A DNA stretch of 29,692 bases, from assembly GCA_041484215.1 (NCBI GenBank), contig JBGPHF010000001.1, positions 1 through 29,692 on the forward strand. Direction: 5' to 3'. The translations under genes and the position numbers were made by a program. Source of the stretch: Nitrospirota bacterium (GTDB lineage: Bacteria > Nitrospirota > UBA9217). Positions 16,801 through 25,258 of the stretch are shown one piece after another (the stretch's first letter is position 1; each line of letters begins with the position of its first letter). The notes under the pieces were generated by a model. That model searched no databases, had not been told where the DNA came from, and saw nothing but the letters and a program-made list of their open reading frames with translations.

Positions 16801-18952
16801 CCATCATCAGGACATCCTTATCGGCTCCGAGCGCGTGCGCATCGAGGCGCGCGACAAGGATTCGGGCATCGTCACCTCGGCCAAGAATCTGACGCCGACG
16901 CTCGATTACACCGTCGATTATCTGCAGGGACGCATTTCGCTTTCGCAACCCCTGTCGCCGACCGCGAGCGACAATCTTATCGTAGCGAGCGACACCGCGG
17001 GCGGCAATCCGGTTTATCTGGTCGTGCGCTACGAATACGTACCGAGCGCGGGAGACACCAACAGCATGAGCGTCGGCGGCCGGACCCATGTGTGGCTGAA
17101 CGATTACGTGAAACTCGGCATAACGTCAAGCCGGGATGGGGATTCGGAGAACCGCACAGGACTCAATGCCGCCGATATTACCGTGAGGAAGAGCGCCGAG
17201 TCTTGGATCAAGGTGGAGTCGTCCAAGAGCACAGGGCCCGGCCTGACCTCGCTCTCATCCAACGACGGCGGATTCACCTTTAATTCGACCAATACGTTCG
17301 ACAGCAACGAGAACATCAGCGCCGGCGCGTACCGGGTCGACACCAGCATCGGTTTCAACGACATCATCAAGGGGGCGAACGGCCAGGCGACGTTTTACAC
17401 GCAGAGCCTGGATGCCGGCTATTCGGCGCCGGGCCTGCTGACGGCCACGGATACCAAGCAGTACGGCGGCACCCTGAAGTGGCCGGTAACGGAGAGAATC
17501 AATGTAACCGGCAAGGCGGACAAAACGAGCCGACAACAGGGCCTCGAGACCAGTGCGTCCGAGGTCGATGTCAATTATCGTTTGACTGAGTATTGGACCC
17601 TGAGCCCGGGGGTGAGACTCGACAGCCGCGAGGATCACTCGCCGGTCGTGCCGGCGACGCAGATGGAGGGTGATCGCACGGATGCGGCGGTACGGGCGAC
17701 CTACGATTCCAAGGAAAGATGGAGCGCCTACGGTTTCGCCCAGGACACGGTCAGCAAGACCGGCAACCGCGAAGACAACGGTCGCGTGGGTTCGGGCGGC
17801 GCGTACCGCGTCACCGACCGGTTCAAGATAAACGGTGAAGTGTCGGACGGTGATCTCGGCGGCGCCGCCAAGGTCGGTACGGAGTATCTCTACTCCGACC
17901 GGACAAATCTGTATCTGAATTACGTGTACGACAACGAGACCCCGGACAACGGCATCCGTTCGAACAAAGGAAATATCGTCTCCGGGGCCAAGACCCGCTA
18001 CTCCGACAGCACGAGCGTGTATGCGGAAGAAAAATACACCTACGGTAACGTGCCGACGGGCCTCACCAATTCCGCGGGAGTCGACCTCGCGCCTTTTGAT
18101 CACTGGAACTTCGGCGTCAACGTGGATTTCGGAACGCTGCGAGACCCCATCACCGACGCCAGCCTCGAGCGCAAGGCGGGCGGCGTACGGGTCGGCTACA
18201 AGGTTGGTGATTTCACCTGGAACACCGCGTTCGAATATCGCGAGGATAAGACCGAAGACCCCGCAACCTTGAACGTATCCGATCGGGACAGCTGGTTGAT
18301 CAAGAACAATTTCAAATACCAGATGAATCCCTCGTCGCGGCTCCTCGGCAAACTGAATCACGCCGAGAGCAAGAGCTCCCTCGGCACTTTCTTCGACGGG
18401 GATTACACGGAAGCCGTCCTGGGGTATGGCTATCGGCCCGTGACGAACGATCGGCTCAACACCTTGTTCAAAATTACGTATTTTTACAATCTCCCGACAG
18501 CGGGCCAGGTCACCGATACGGTCGCCAATACGGCCGCTAATACCGTCACGAATACGGCCGCGGATTTCATTCAGAAGAGCAAAATCTTCTCGTTGGATAT
18601 GATGTATGATCTCACGCAGCGTTGGAGCATCGGCGGCAAATACGCCTATCGCCTGGGACAGGTGAGCATGGACCGGGTCAATCCCCAGTTCTTCGAAAGC
18701 CGTGCGTCCCTGTATATCGCGCGTGCCGACTGGCACTTCGTCCACAGCTGGGACGCCCTGATCGAGGGCCGCTTGCTCGACCTGCCCGATGCCCAGGACC
18801 GGCTCAGCGGGGTATTGGTGGGCATTTACCGGCATCTGGGCAATTACATCAAGCTGGGGGTCGGGTACAACTTCAGCAAATTCTCGGACGATCTGACCGA
18901 CCTCGGGTACAAACACCAGGGGGTGTTCATCAATGTGATTGGGGAAATATAA
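13817..18952 (+). CDS. Large outer-membrane protein: three OmpA C-like peptidoglycan-binding domains, Ig-like linkers and a ~900-aa C-terminal beta-barrel-like region
   Basis: Signal peptide MLKRILIIAVSCLVSAVAIA. OmpA-like motifs occur at about 14096-14443 (HFASGEA...GYSDN...LSRERA...NRRVEV), 14585-14932 (GYTDN...LSKARA...NRRIEV) and 15032-15379 (GYTND...LSTARA). From about 16232 the sequence shows alternating aromatic/hydrophobic strands (e.g. WHFVHSWDALIEGR, GVLVGIYRHLGNYIKLGVGYNFSKF). Confidence 0.85.
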   Translation: MLKRILIIAVSCLVSAVAIAETNTAAVSSPPAASGTGVTESPPLGQAVEKQEGTDQPRTVWGRDGDADGKQGDKVETKKVLEKAVKTIKLQNLVPPIHFASGEAEIPEGYVQRLRDVLDGMKGRDNVRLHFVGYSDNARLFGKVKQKYGDNLTLSRERAGVTAEYFQKALHLPPESITYEGMGESQPIASNATKEGKAQNRRVEVEVWYDEITDKLVDKEVVVTEQTNRVKVCRVETVCKLRYKEGHSKRARIKNLVESLHFDDDTTAIPDEFVRKMRQALANLATKQHVVVNFIGYTDNLPLSGRAERVYGNAVALSKARARRASLAIQDALKLPTSGIDVDGRGGANPIASNDTEKGRALNRRIEVEFWYDDALQELSDEPQLCPGAAGAETVTRVYDSPVGGVKPILFEQGKPVVTPEQLERMLGSMDEIRDKTRVRLRFIGYTNDERLARRTAMVYGDDIGLSTARARRAMNAVEEQLGLTEEQVEFEGRGYVQAADVVNTGFIESDTARVEVQVVYDELMALDNTEGVDITRFTREVAPKDPLALNLMRITVDGKPVDDPNKGIADIERCTDVALDKANVQFKFDNLELKPRLTATAWPNSIRYQDDPETEYPENLMWFRTYTNYAAFIKRSEIRIFDAQESVNGTPLAVIEVGKDGRAEWQPTFPAYKAPGLELKYVLRVSDAANHFDETKPQPIWITNRQDSDIQDQDAEEELLVGYGENSLATDNIPKKGGTIKVYGSAVPADHSVFVAGRAVPVGEEGKFVTEEILPLGVHTVEVAILDTSGNGDLFLRDLDLKKNDWFYVGIADVTVARDKTTGPARLVTNDQTHYNNELSYDGRLAYYTKGKFGEGWELTSSADTLEGPVKDIFGNLGDKSPDSLFRRIDPQYYYPTYGDDGSVEEGAPTLGKFYLKLKKDESYGLWGNFKIAYNDNDLAHVDRGLYGANVHYQTQATTSFGEKRFLIDGFAAQPGTVGTRDEYLGTGGSLYYLHHQDILIGSERVRIEARDKDSGIVTSAKNLTPTLDYTVDYLQGRISLSQPLSPTASDNLIVASDTAGGNPVYLVVRYEYVPSAGDTNSMSVGGRTHVWLNDYVKLGITSSRDGDSENRTGLNAADITVRKSAESWIKVESSKSTGPGLTSLSSNDGGFTFNSTNTFDSNENISAGAYRVDTSIGFNDIIKGANGQATFYTQSLDAGYSAPGLLTATDTKQYGGTLKWPVTERINVTGKADKTSRQQGLETSASEVDVNYRLTEYWTLSPGVRLDSREDHSPVVPATQMEGDRTDAAVRATYDSKERWSAYGFAQDTVSKTGNREDNGRVGSGGAYRVTDRFKINGEVSDGDLGGAAKVGTEYLYSDRTNLYLNYVYDNETPDNGIRSNKGNIVSGAKTRYSDSTSVYAEEKYTYGNVPTGLTNSAGVDLAPFDHWNFGVNVDFGTLRDPITDASLERKAGGVRVGYKVGDFTWNTAFEYREDKTEDPATLNVSDRDSWLIKNNFKYQMNPSSRLLGKLNHAESKSSLGTFFDGDYTEAVLGYGYRPVTNDRLNTLFKITYFYNLPTAGQVTDTVANTAANTVTNTAADFIQKSKIFSLDMMYDLTQRWSIGGKYAYRLGQVSMDRVNPQFFESRASLYIARADWHFVHSWDALIEGRLLDLPDAQDRLSGVLVGIYRHLGNYIKLGVGYNFSKFSDDLTDLGYKHQGVFINVIGEI
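18515..18562 (+). repeat. In-frame 4 x 12-bp tandem repeat (DTVA NTAA NTVT NTAA)
   Basis: gatacggtcgcc / aatacggccgct / aataccgtcacg / aatacggccgcg. Confidence 0.8.
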
Positions 18953-18972
18953 ATGCGTAACAGGAGGCAGCC

Positions 18973-19488
18973 ATGTTCACCATTTTAAAAGGGTTCATTC
19001 TTTCCATTGCGATGCCGATGCTGATGCTGAGCTTCCCTGCTTATGCCGAGGAAGTATCCAAGGAACAGATCAAGGGCTTGGATGAACAGGTCCAGGAAAT
19101 CAAGACCGATGCTCTGGGCATTGCGGCGGAACTGAATCAGCTTGAAGAGAAGCTGCTGTATCCGTCCAATACGCAGGTCGCGGTCTTCGTATCACTGGTC
19201 CGGGGAGAAACCTTCCGTCTCGACTCGGTCGAGATCCGGTTGGACGGCAAGCCGGTTGCCCATCACCTGTACTCCTTCAAGGAACTCGAAGCCTTGCAGA
19301 AGGGCGGGGTGCAGCGCATCTATGTCGGCAATATCAAATCCGGCGAGCATGAGCTCCAGGTCTTTGTCGCGGGGAAAACCGGGGGAACCGCCGATTTCAA
19401 AAAATCGGAGAGCTTCAAGATCACTAAGGATGTGAGCCCCAAGATCGTGGAAATATCACTGGCCGCACAAAGCATTACCCTTAAATGA
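18973..19488 (+). CDS. Small secreted/periplasmic protein (coiled coil plus beta-rich domain), function unknown
   Basis: Strong SD AGGAGG at 18962-18967. Signal peptide ends ...SFPAYA. A heptad helix (IKGLDEQVQEIKTDALGIAAELNQLEEKLLYP) is followed by beta-strands (VAVFVSL, LDSVEIRLDG, HELQVFV). No HTH. Confidence 0.75.
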   Translation: MFTILKGFILSIAMPMLMLSFPAYAEEVSKEQIKGLDEQVQEIKTDALGIAAELNQLEEKLLYPSNTQVAVFVSLVRGETFRLDSVEIRLDGKPVAHHLYSFKELEALQKGGVQRIYVGNIKSGEHELQVFVAGKTGGTADFKKSESFKITKDVSPKIVEISLAAQSITLK

Positions 19489-19498
19489 CGGGGAGACC

Positions 19499-21388
19499 AT
19501 GAACAGGTTATTTGTTCTATTGACAATTCTGATATTCTCAGCACCGGCGCGCGTGGCCCCGTCCGCTCCGAAAGAACTGAAGGACCTTTATTTCGGAGAG
19601 GCCCTGTATCACGCATTTCAAGGGGACTGGTTCGATGCCATCGCCAGGCTCGACACTGAGCTTGCGCAGCACCATGGGATCGATGAGCCCGAACGCGACA
19701 CCCTTCATTACTATATCAACCAGGCAGAGTTCGACGTGGGTGATTTCGAATTGGCATACCGGATGCACCAGCGCGCCGGGCGCGCCATCAAGGCGGTGAT
19801 CGAGGGCAATGTCGAGGAGCCGGTGCGCAATGAGGCCATTTTCCGTCTGGCCCGGATCTACTTCCAGAAAGACCAGCCGCAGAACGCCTTGCAGGCCGTG
19901 GAGCGCATCAAAGGCTCCGTTCCCGACAACATTCGCGATGATCTGGCTTTCCTGCGGGCGCAAATTTATATGGCCAACGGCCGCTTCGATGATGCGGCCC
20001 GCATCCTTGCGGAGCTCCAAGGCGCGAAGGGCCTGGAAGGTTTTACCACGTACAACCTCGGGATCGCGCTGCTCAAGAGCGGGAAGGTGCGGGAAGGGCT
20101 CCTCTCGATCGACCGGACGGGCCGGATCGAGAGCGATAATCCAGCAACGCTGGCGATCAAGGATAAATCGAACCTCGTCCTCGGCGACAGGCTGATGAGT
20201 GAAAAGAATTTCGAGGGAGCCAAGGAGGTCCTCGACCGGGTGCGCCTGAACGGCCCGTTTTCCAACCGCGCTCTGCTTGGTTCGGGTTGGGCCGACGCCT
20301 CCCGGGAACAGTTCGAAAATGCCCTGGTGCCATGGAGCATCCTGGCCGAGCGCGAAGTCACTGATCCGGCGGTGCAGGAAGGCCTGCTTGCCGTCCCCTA
20401 TGCCTACGAGAAACTCGGCGTATACAGCCAGGCGGCGCTGAAGTACGGCAGGGCATTGGAGGCGTTCAGCAAGGAGCTTGATAAGCTCGGCGCTTCGATC
20501 ACCAGTATCCGCGAAGGCAAATTCTTGAAGGCCCTGGTGCGGGAAGAGCTGAAACAGGACCCCAACTGGGTCGTCAAACTGCGCGAGCTGCCGGAAACGC
20601 CCGAGACATTCTACCTGCTCGACCTGATGGCCTCCCATGATTTCCAGGAATCGCTGAAAAACTATCTCGACCTCGAAGAGCTGCGCAAAAAATTTGATGT
20701 CTGGTCGGAAGACCTGGCCGCCTTCGAGGATATCATCGCGCAGCGCCGGACGTATTACCAGCCGCTCTTGCCCGCGATCGACCGGGAATTCAGGCGGCTG
20801 GATTCGCAGATGCGGTTTCGATTGGAGCAGCGAAGCCGGATCGAGCAACGGCTGCAGGCCATGCTGGTGGCGCCGAGGCCGGACTACCTGGTGACCGCGC
20901 AGGAGCGGATTGTCGGGGAGCGCATTGCGCGGCTGGAGAAGGCCCTGACTACGCGGGGCGGCGCGGCTGCACGCGACGACATGAAAAGCCGCGTCAGACG
21001 TCTGCGGGGAGTGCTGGACTGGAAGATATATACGGAATATGACCAACGCCTTACGGAGGCGCACAAAGATCTTCGGGACCTGAATCACGTCATTGACGCG
21101 CTGCGCAAGCAGTACACCTCTTTTGTACGTACGCGCCAGGCGGCCACGCAAAGCTACCAGGGCTACGACAAGGTGATCCGCACCCAGCAGACCCGGATCA
21201 CGGCAGCCCGGGAAAAAGTGGACGAATTGATGGCCCGTCAGGGTCATATGCTCGAAGCCATGGCACAGAATGAACTCACCAAACGGCGCGATCGGCTCGA
21301 AGAGTTCCGGACCAAGGCGCGCTTCGCCATGGCGGACAGTTACGATCGCGCCATCAAGGCCCAACTCCGGAAGGGGGCCGACCAATGA
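19499..21388 (+). CDS. Secreted TPR plus coiled-coil protein, GltC-like
   Basis: Signal peptide, multiple TPRs (NEAIFRLARIYFQKDQPQNALQAVERI; ALLGSGWA...ALVPW; EGLLAVPYAYEKLG) and a long C-terminal coiled coil ending ARFAMADSYDRA. Position fits the Agl-Glt core order. The GltC assignment is an inference. Confidence 0.72.
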   Translation: MNRLFVLLTILIFSAPARVAPSAPKELKDLYFGEALYHAFQGDWFDAIARLDTELAQHHGIDEPERDTLHYYINQAEFDVGDFELAYRMHQRAGRAIKAVIEGNVEEPVRNEAIFRLARIYFQKDQPQNALQAVERIKGSVPDNIRDDLAFLRAQIYMANGRFDDAARILAELQGAKGLEGFTTYNLGIALLKSGKVREGLLSIDRTGRIESDNPATLAIKDKSNLVLGDRLMSEKNFEGAKEVLDRVRLNGPFSNRALLGSGWADASREQFENALVPWSILAEREVTDPAVQEGLLAVPYAYEKLGVYSQAALKYGRALEAFSKELDKLGASITSIREGKFLKALVREELKQDPNWVVKLRELPETPETFYLLDLMASHDFQESLKNYLDLEELRKKFDVWSEDLAAFEDIIAQRRTYYQPLLPAIDREFRRLDSQMRFRLEQRSRIEQRLQAMLVAPRPDYLVTAQERIVGERIARLEKALTTRGGAAARDDMKSRVRRLRGVLDWKIYTEYDQRLTEAHKDLRDLNHVIDALRKQYTSFVRTRQAATQSYQGYDKVIRTQQTRITAAREKVDELMARQGHMLEAMAQNELTKRRDRLEEFRTKARFAMADSYDRAIKAQLRKGADQ

Positions 21389-24300
21389 GGACAACGCGTT
21401 ATCTTCTCTGGGGATTGCTCACGCTGCCGCTCCTCCTCTTCGCCTGTCAGTCGGTCGGCGGCAAGGATACGATTGCTAAGTTGCATGCCAGGCACATGGA
21501 GATCAAGGAAGAGAAGATCGAAGGCGGGCTTGAGCAAGCCATGGAGGGTTACCAGCGCTTTCTGGAAGAAACGACGGACTCCGCCCTGAAGCCGGAGGCC
21601 ATCCGCCGCCTGGCGGACCTGAAGATAGAGAGGGAATACGGTCAAATCACCGGCGGAGGCAAGCCGTCGGGCCAGGCAGCGTCGAAAATAGCGGCTGCGG
21701 CAAAGCCCTCTTCGGCGCCGTCCACCCTGGCGTCCGCACCGACGTCGTCCCGCGCGGAGTCCGCTGCTGATTTCGAGAAACGAACGACCATCGGCGGACG
21801 GGTCACACGCACGCCGACGGAGGGAGTAACCTTACCAGGCGCCGAGGATTTGGAACGGGCAGGAGCGCGCGAGGCCGTCGAACTCTACAAAAAACTGTTA
21901 CACGATTATCCGGCGTACGAGCACAACGACCAGGTGCTGTATCAGCTGTCCCGTGCTTACGAAGAGCTGGGCGAGATCGAGGAGGCCATGCAGGTCATGA
22001 ACCGGATGGTGCTGGAGTATCCGCACTCACGTTATATGGATGAAGTGCAGTTCCGGCGGGCCGAATACTTCTTCACCCGCAGGCATTACCTGGATGCCGA
22101 GGAAGCCTACGGCAGCATCGTGACCATGGGCGTCACTTCCTCCTATTATCAGCTCGCCCTGTACAAGCTGGGCTGGACCTTTTACAAGCAGGAGCTCTAT
22201 GACGAGGCTGTGGACCGATTCATTGCCCTGCTGGATAACAAGGTGTCGGCGGGCTACGACTTTGCTCAGACCGCGGATGAGGCGGAACGCAAACGCATGG
22301 ACGACACCTTCCGCGTCATCAGTCTGAGCTTTTCAAACCTCGGCGGCGCCAACTCCGTGGTCGAGTACTTCACCCGCCACGGCAAGCGCGGTTACGAGGA
22401 CAGCGTCTACAGCAACCTCGGCGAATTCTACTTCGAAAAACGCCGTTACGCCGACGCCGCCGCGGCCTACAACGCCTTTGTCAGCCGCAACCCGTTACAA
22501 AAAGTTTCGCCGCAATTCGCCATGCGGGTGATCGAGATCCATCTGGCCGGGGGGTTCCCCAGCCTGGTCATTGACGCGAAAAAGCAATTTGCCGAAAAGT
22601 ACGGACTCCAAGCCGAATACTGGCGGCATTTCGAACCGGGCAGCCGTCCGGAAGTTCTGGCCTGGCTCAAAACGAACCTCACGGATCTGGCCAAGCATTA
22701 TCACGCGCTTTACCAGAGCCCGCAGCAGATCAAGGAAAAAGCGACGAACTTCGTGGAAGCGCGGCGTTGGTATCGGGAATTTCTCACTTCCTTTCCGATG
22801 GATTCCGAGTCGCCGGCCATTAATTATTTGTTAGCGGACCTGTTTATGGAAAACGGCTCCTTCGATCTGGCGGCGGCGGAATATGAGAAGACCGCCTATG
22901 AATATCCGCGCCACGAAAAGTCCTCGCAGGCCGGCTACGCGGCAGTTTACGCTTATCGCCAACAGCTGACGGGAGTTGGAGCCGAGGCGAAAGATACGGT
23001 GAAGCGGGAGGTCGTACGCAGCTCGCTGAAGTTCGCCGACACCTATCCGGAGCATGAGAAGGCAGCGATCGTTCTGGGGGCTGCCGCGGATGATCTGTAC
23101 GGCATGCGGGATTATGAACAGGCGCTGGCTACCGCGCAAAAACTCGACAAGGTTTTCCCCGGCGCCGATAAGTCCGTCAAGCGAGGGGCCTGGGATGTCA
23201 TCGCCCATTCCACCTTCGAACTCCATCGCTACAGCGAGGCCGAAGCCGCGTACGTAAAGCTCCTGGGCTTGGTCCCCGAAGGCGACAAGGAACGCAGCGC
23301 CCTGGTGGACAACCTCGCGGTCTCGATTTATAAGCAGGGTGAAGAGGCGAACGCCCGTACGGATTACCGAGTGGCGGCCGACCATTTTCTTCGCGTAGGG
23401 GTCCTCGCGCCGGACTCCAAAATAAGGCCGAACGCCGAATACGACGCCGCCGCCGCCCTGATCCAGCTCAAGGACTGGAAAAAGGCGGCCGCCGTGCTGG
23501 CCGGGTTCCGCGACAAATTCCCCGGTCATGAGTTGCAGCCCGAGGTGACCAAGAAGGTCGCTTACGTCTATAAAGAGGATGGCCAGCTGGCGCAGGCAGC
23601 AAATGAGTATGAACGCATAGAACGGGAATCCCGGGATGATGAAGTACGGCGGGAGGCCCTGCTGATTGCGGCGGATCTCTATGAACAGGTGAGCAGCATC
23701 GACCGCGCGATCGAGGCTTACCGTCGCTACGTGGGGTATTTCCCGCACCCGGTGGAACCCAACCTGGAAACGCGCAGCAAAATCGCGGAAGCGCTGAAGA
23801 AAAAAGGTCGGGATAACTATCTCGGGGAACTCAAGGAGATCGTGATCATTGATGCGTACGCAGGAGGCGAGCGTACGCCGCGGACCCGCTATCTTGCCGG
23901 CACGGCCGCGTTGGTCTTGGCCGAGTTGAGCTTCGACAAATTCGCCGGGGTCAAGCTGGTCGAGCCGTTCAAGGCCAACCTGGACAAAAAAAAGGACTTG
24001 ATGAAGATTGCGACCGAGCAGTTTAACCAACTCATCGACTATGAAGTCGGCGAGGTCACCGCTGCGGCGACCTTTTATCTGGCCGAGATCTATGCTCACT
24101 TCAGCAAGGACCTGAAGGAATCCGAACGCCCCGCGGGACTGAGCGCATTGGAACGGGAAGAGTACGAACTTGCCATCGAGGACCAGGCGTATCCCTTCGA
24201 AGAAAAGGCCATTTCGATGCATAAGAAGAATCTCGAGCTGATCTCCCTGGGTGTTTACAACGAGTGGGTCGACAAGAGTTTGCAGGAACTGGCCAAGTTC

Positions 24301-24531
24301 ATGCCCGCGCGTTACGATAAACCGGAGGAGGAGAGTCCCGTCATCGCTTCGTTGGATAGTTACAAGTTCGCCATCGAACGTCGGGAGCCGCCCGCGCCAC
24401 GGGCGCCCGAGGGGGCGGCGCGGACCGGAGAAACGAAGCAGGATGCGAAACCGGTAGGGGCCGAAGAAGCGGCGCCGGCAGCGGGCGACAGCGGCGATAA
24501 AGATGCCCCGCCTGATGCGGTGGTAAAATAG
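21385..24531 (+). CDS. Large TPR-rich lipoprotein, GltD/AgmU-like
   Basis: Lipobox LLFA-C21. Many TPRs (DQVLYQLSRAYEELGE, FRRAEYFFTRRHYLDAEEAY, LYKLGWTFYKQ). C-terminal AATFYLAEIY...YELAIEDQAYPFEEKAISMHKKN block. ATGA overlap with the upstream gene. Confidence 0.8.
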   Translation: MRTTRYLLWGLLTLPLLLFACQSVGGKDTIAKLHARHMEIKEEKIEGGLEQAMEGYQRFLEETTDSALKPEAIRRLADLKIEREYGQITGGGKPSGQAASKIAAAAKPSSAPSTLASAPTSSRAESAADFEKRTTIGGRVTRTPTEGVTLPGAEDLERAGAREAVELYKKLLHDYPAYEHNDQVLYQLSRAYEELGEIEEAMQVMNRMVLEYPHSRYMDEVQFRRAEYFFTRRHYLDAEEAYGSIVTMGVTSSYYQLALYKLGWTFYKQELYDEAVDRFIALLDNKVSAGYDFAQTADEAERKRMDDTFRVISLSFSNLGGANSVVEYFTRHGKRGYEDSVYSNLGEFYFEKRRYADAAAAYNAFVSRNPLQKVSPQFAMRVIEIHLAGGFPSLVIDAKKQFAEKYGLQAEYWRHFEPGSRPEVLAWLKTNLTDLAKHYHALYQSPQQIKEKATNFVEARRWYREFLTSFPMDSESPAINYLLADLFMENGSFDLAAAEYEKTAYEYPRHEKSSQAGYAAVYAYRQQLTGVGAEAKDTVKREVVRSSLKFADTYPEHEKAAIVLGAAADDLYGMRDYEQALATAQKLDKVFPGADKSVKRGAWDVIAHSTFELHRYSEAEAAYVKLLGLVPEGDKERSALVDNLAVSIYKQGEEANARTDYRVAADHFLRVGVLAPDSKIRPNAEYDAAAALIQLKDWKKAAAVLAGFRDKFPGHELQPEVTKKVAYVYKEDGQLAQAANEYERIERESRDDEVRREALLIAADLYEQVSSIDRAIEAYRRYVGYFPHPVEPNLETRSKIAEALKKKGRDNYLGELKEIVIIDAYAGGERTPRTRYLAGTAALVLAELSFDKFAGVKLVEPFKANLDKKKDLMKIATEQFNQLIDYEVGEVTAAATFYLAEIYAHFSKDLKESERPAGLSALEREEYELAIEDQAYPFEEKAISMHKKNLELISLGVYNEWVDKSLQELAKFMPARYDKPEEESPVIASLDSYKFAIERREPPAPRAPEGAARTGETKQDAKPVGAEEAAPAAGDSGDKDAPPDAVVK

Positions 24532-24561
24532 GGTTAGGTACACGAGAGAGGGAGCCGGGCG

Positions 24562-25239
24562 ATGCAGGTCAGGAATGCAGGGCTGGTATGGCGGTCGAAA
24601 GTCCGAAGGCGGGCCGGGTGGTTGGCCCTGATGATTGTGCTCGAGGTTTTTTCCGCATGCGCAACCGACGGCAAGGTCACGCCGCAGCCCGTTACAGCGC
24701 CGGGCTTATCCGTGTCGCGACCCGGGAACGGGCGACAAGGTTTTGTCATCCGGGAAAGCGCGAGCGTGGACGGTGAGACGCGCGGCGAATTCGAGCGCGC
24801 CGTCGCCATGATGAACGACGGAAAAAATGACAAGGCCATCGAACTTCTGGCAAAGGTGATCGAGCGTTCCCCGCGGGTCACGGCGCCGTATATAGATATT
24901 GCAAAGGCGTATATGCGGACCGGAAAGCCGGAGCCTGCCGAGCAGCACCTCAAAACAGCGCTGGAACTGGTTCCGAATCATCCGGTGGCCAGTAATGAGT
25001 ATGGGTTGCTGCTTCGCAAGGGAGGCCGCTTTAAGGAGGCCCGGGAAATCTATGAGAAGGCGCTCGCGAGTTTTCCCGATTATCTTCCGATCCATAGAAA
25101 TCTCGGCATCCTCTGTGATCTGTATCTCAATGACCCGGAATGCGCGCTCAAACAATTCGAGATATATAGCGAGGGGATGCCGGCGGACATGCAGGTCAAA
25201 ACCTGGATCGCCGAGTTGCGTGTGCGGCTCGGGCGTTAG
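24562..25239 (+). CDS. TPR lipoprotein, GltE/AglT-like
   Basis: Lipobox FSA-C33. Consecutive TPRs (ASNEYGLLLRKGGRFKEAREIYEKAL; HRNLGILCDLYLNDPECALKQFEIY) ending VKTWIAELRVR. Confidence 0.75.
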   Translation: MQVRNAGLVWRSKVRRRAGWLALMIVLEVFSACATDGKVTPQPVTAPGLSVSRPGNGRQGFVIRESASVDGETRGEFERAVAMMNDGKNDKAIELLAKVIERSPRVTAPYIDIAKAYMRTGKPEPAEQHLKTALELVPNHPVASNEYGLLLRKGGRFKEAREIYEKALASFPDYLPIHRNLGILCDLYLNDPECALKQFEIYSEGMPADMQVKTWIAELRVRLGR

Positions 25240-25258
25240 GTGAAAGGAAGGAAGGAAT

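Noticed and set aside
23986-23993. A8 homopolymer in the GltD-like gene, and other A7-A8 tracts, as phase-variation sites
   Set aside because: The runs are short, in frame and explained by Lys codons or AT-rich spacers; there is no sign of a frameshift.
11966-24543. Long antisense ORFs (e.g. 11966-13309, 14276-16321, 17255-18916, 19538-21394, 22831-24543) and many shorter alternative-frame ORFs
   Set aside because: They lie opposite or inside well-supported + strand genes, show no recognisable motifs, and are the shadow ORFs expected from GC-rich codon bias.
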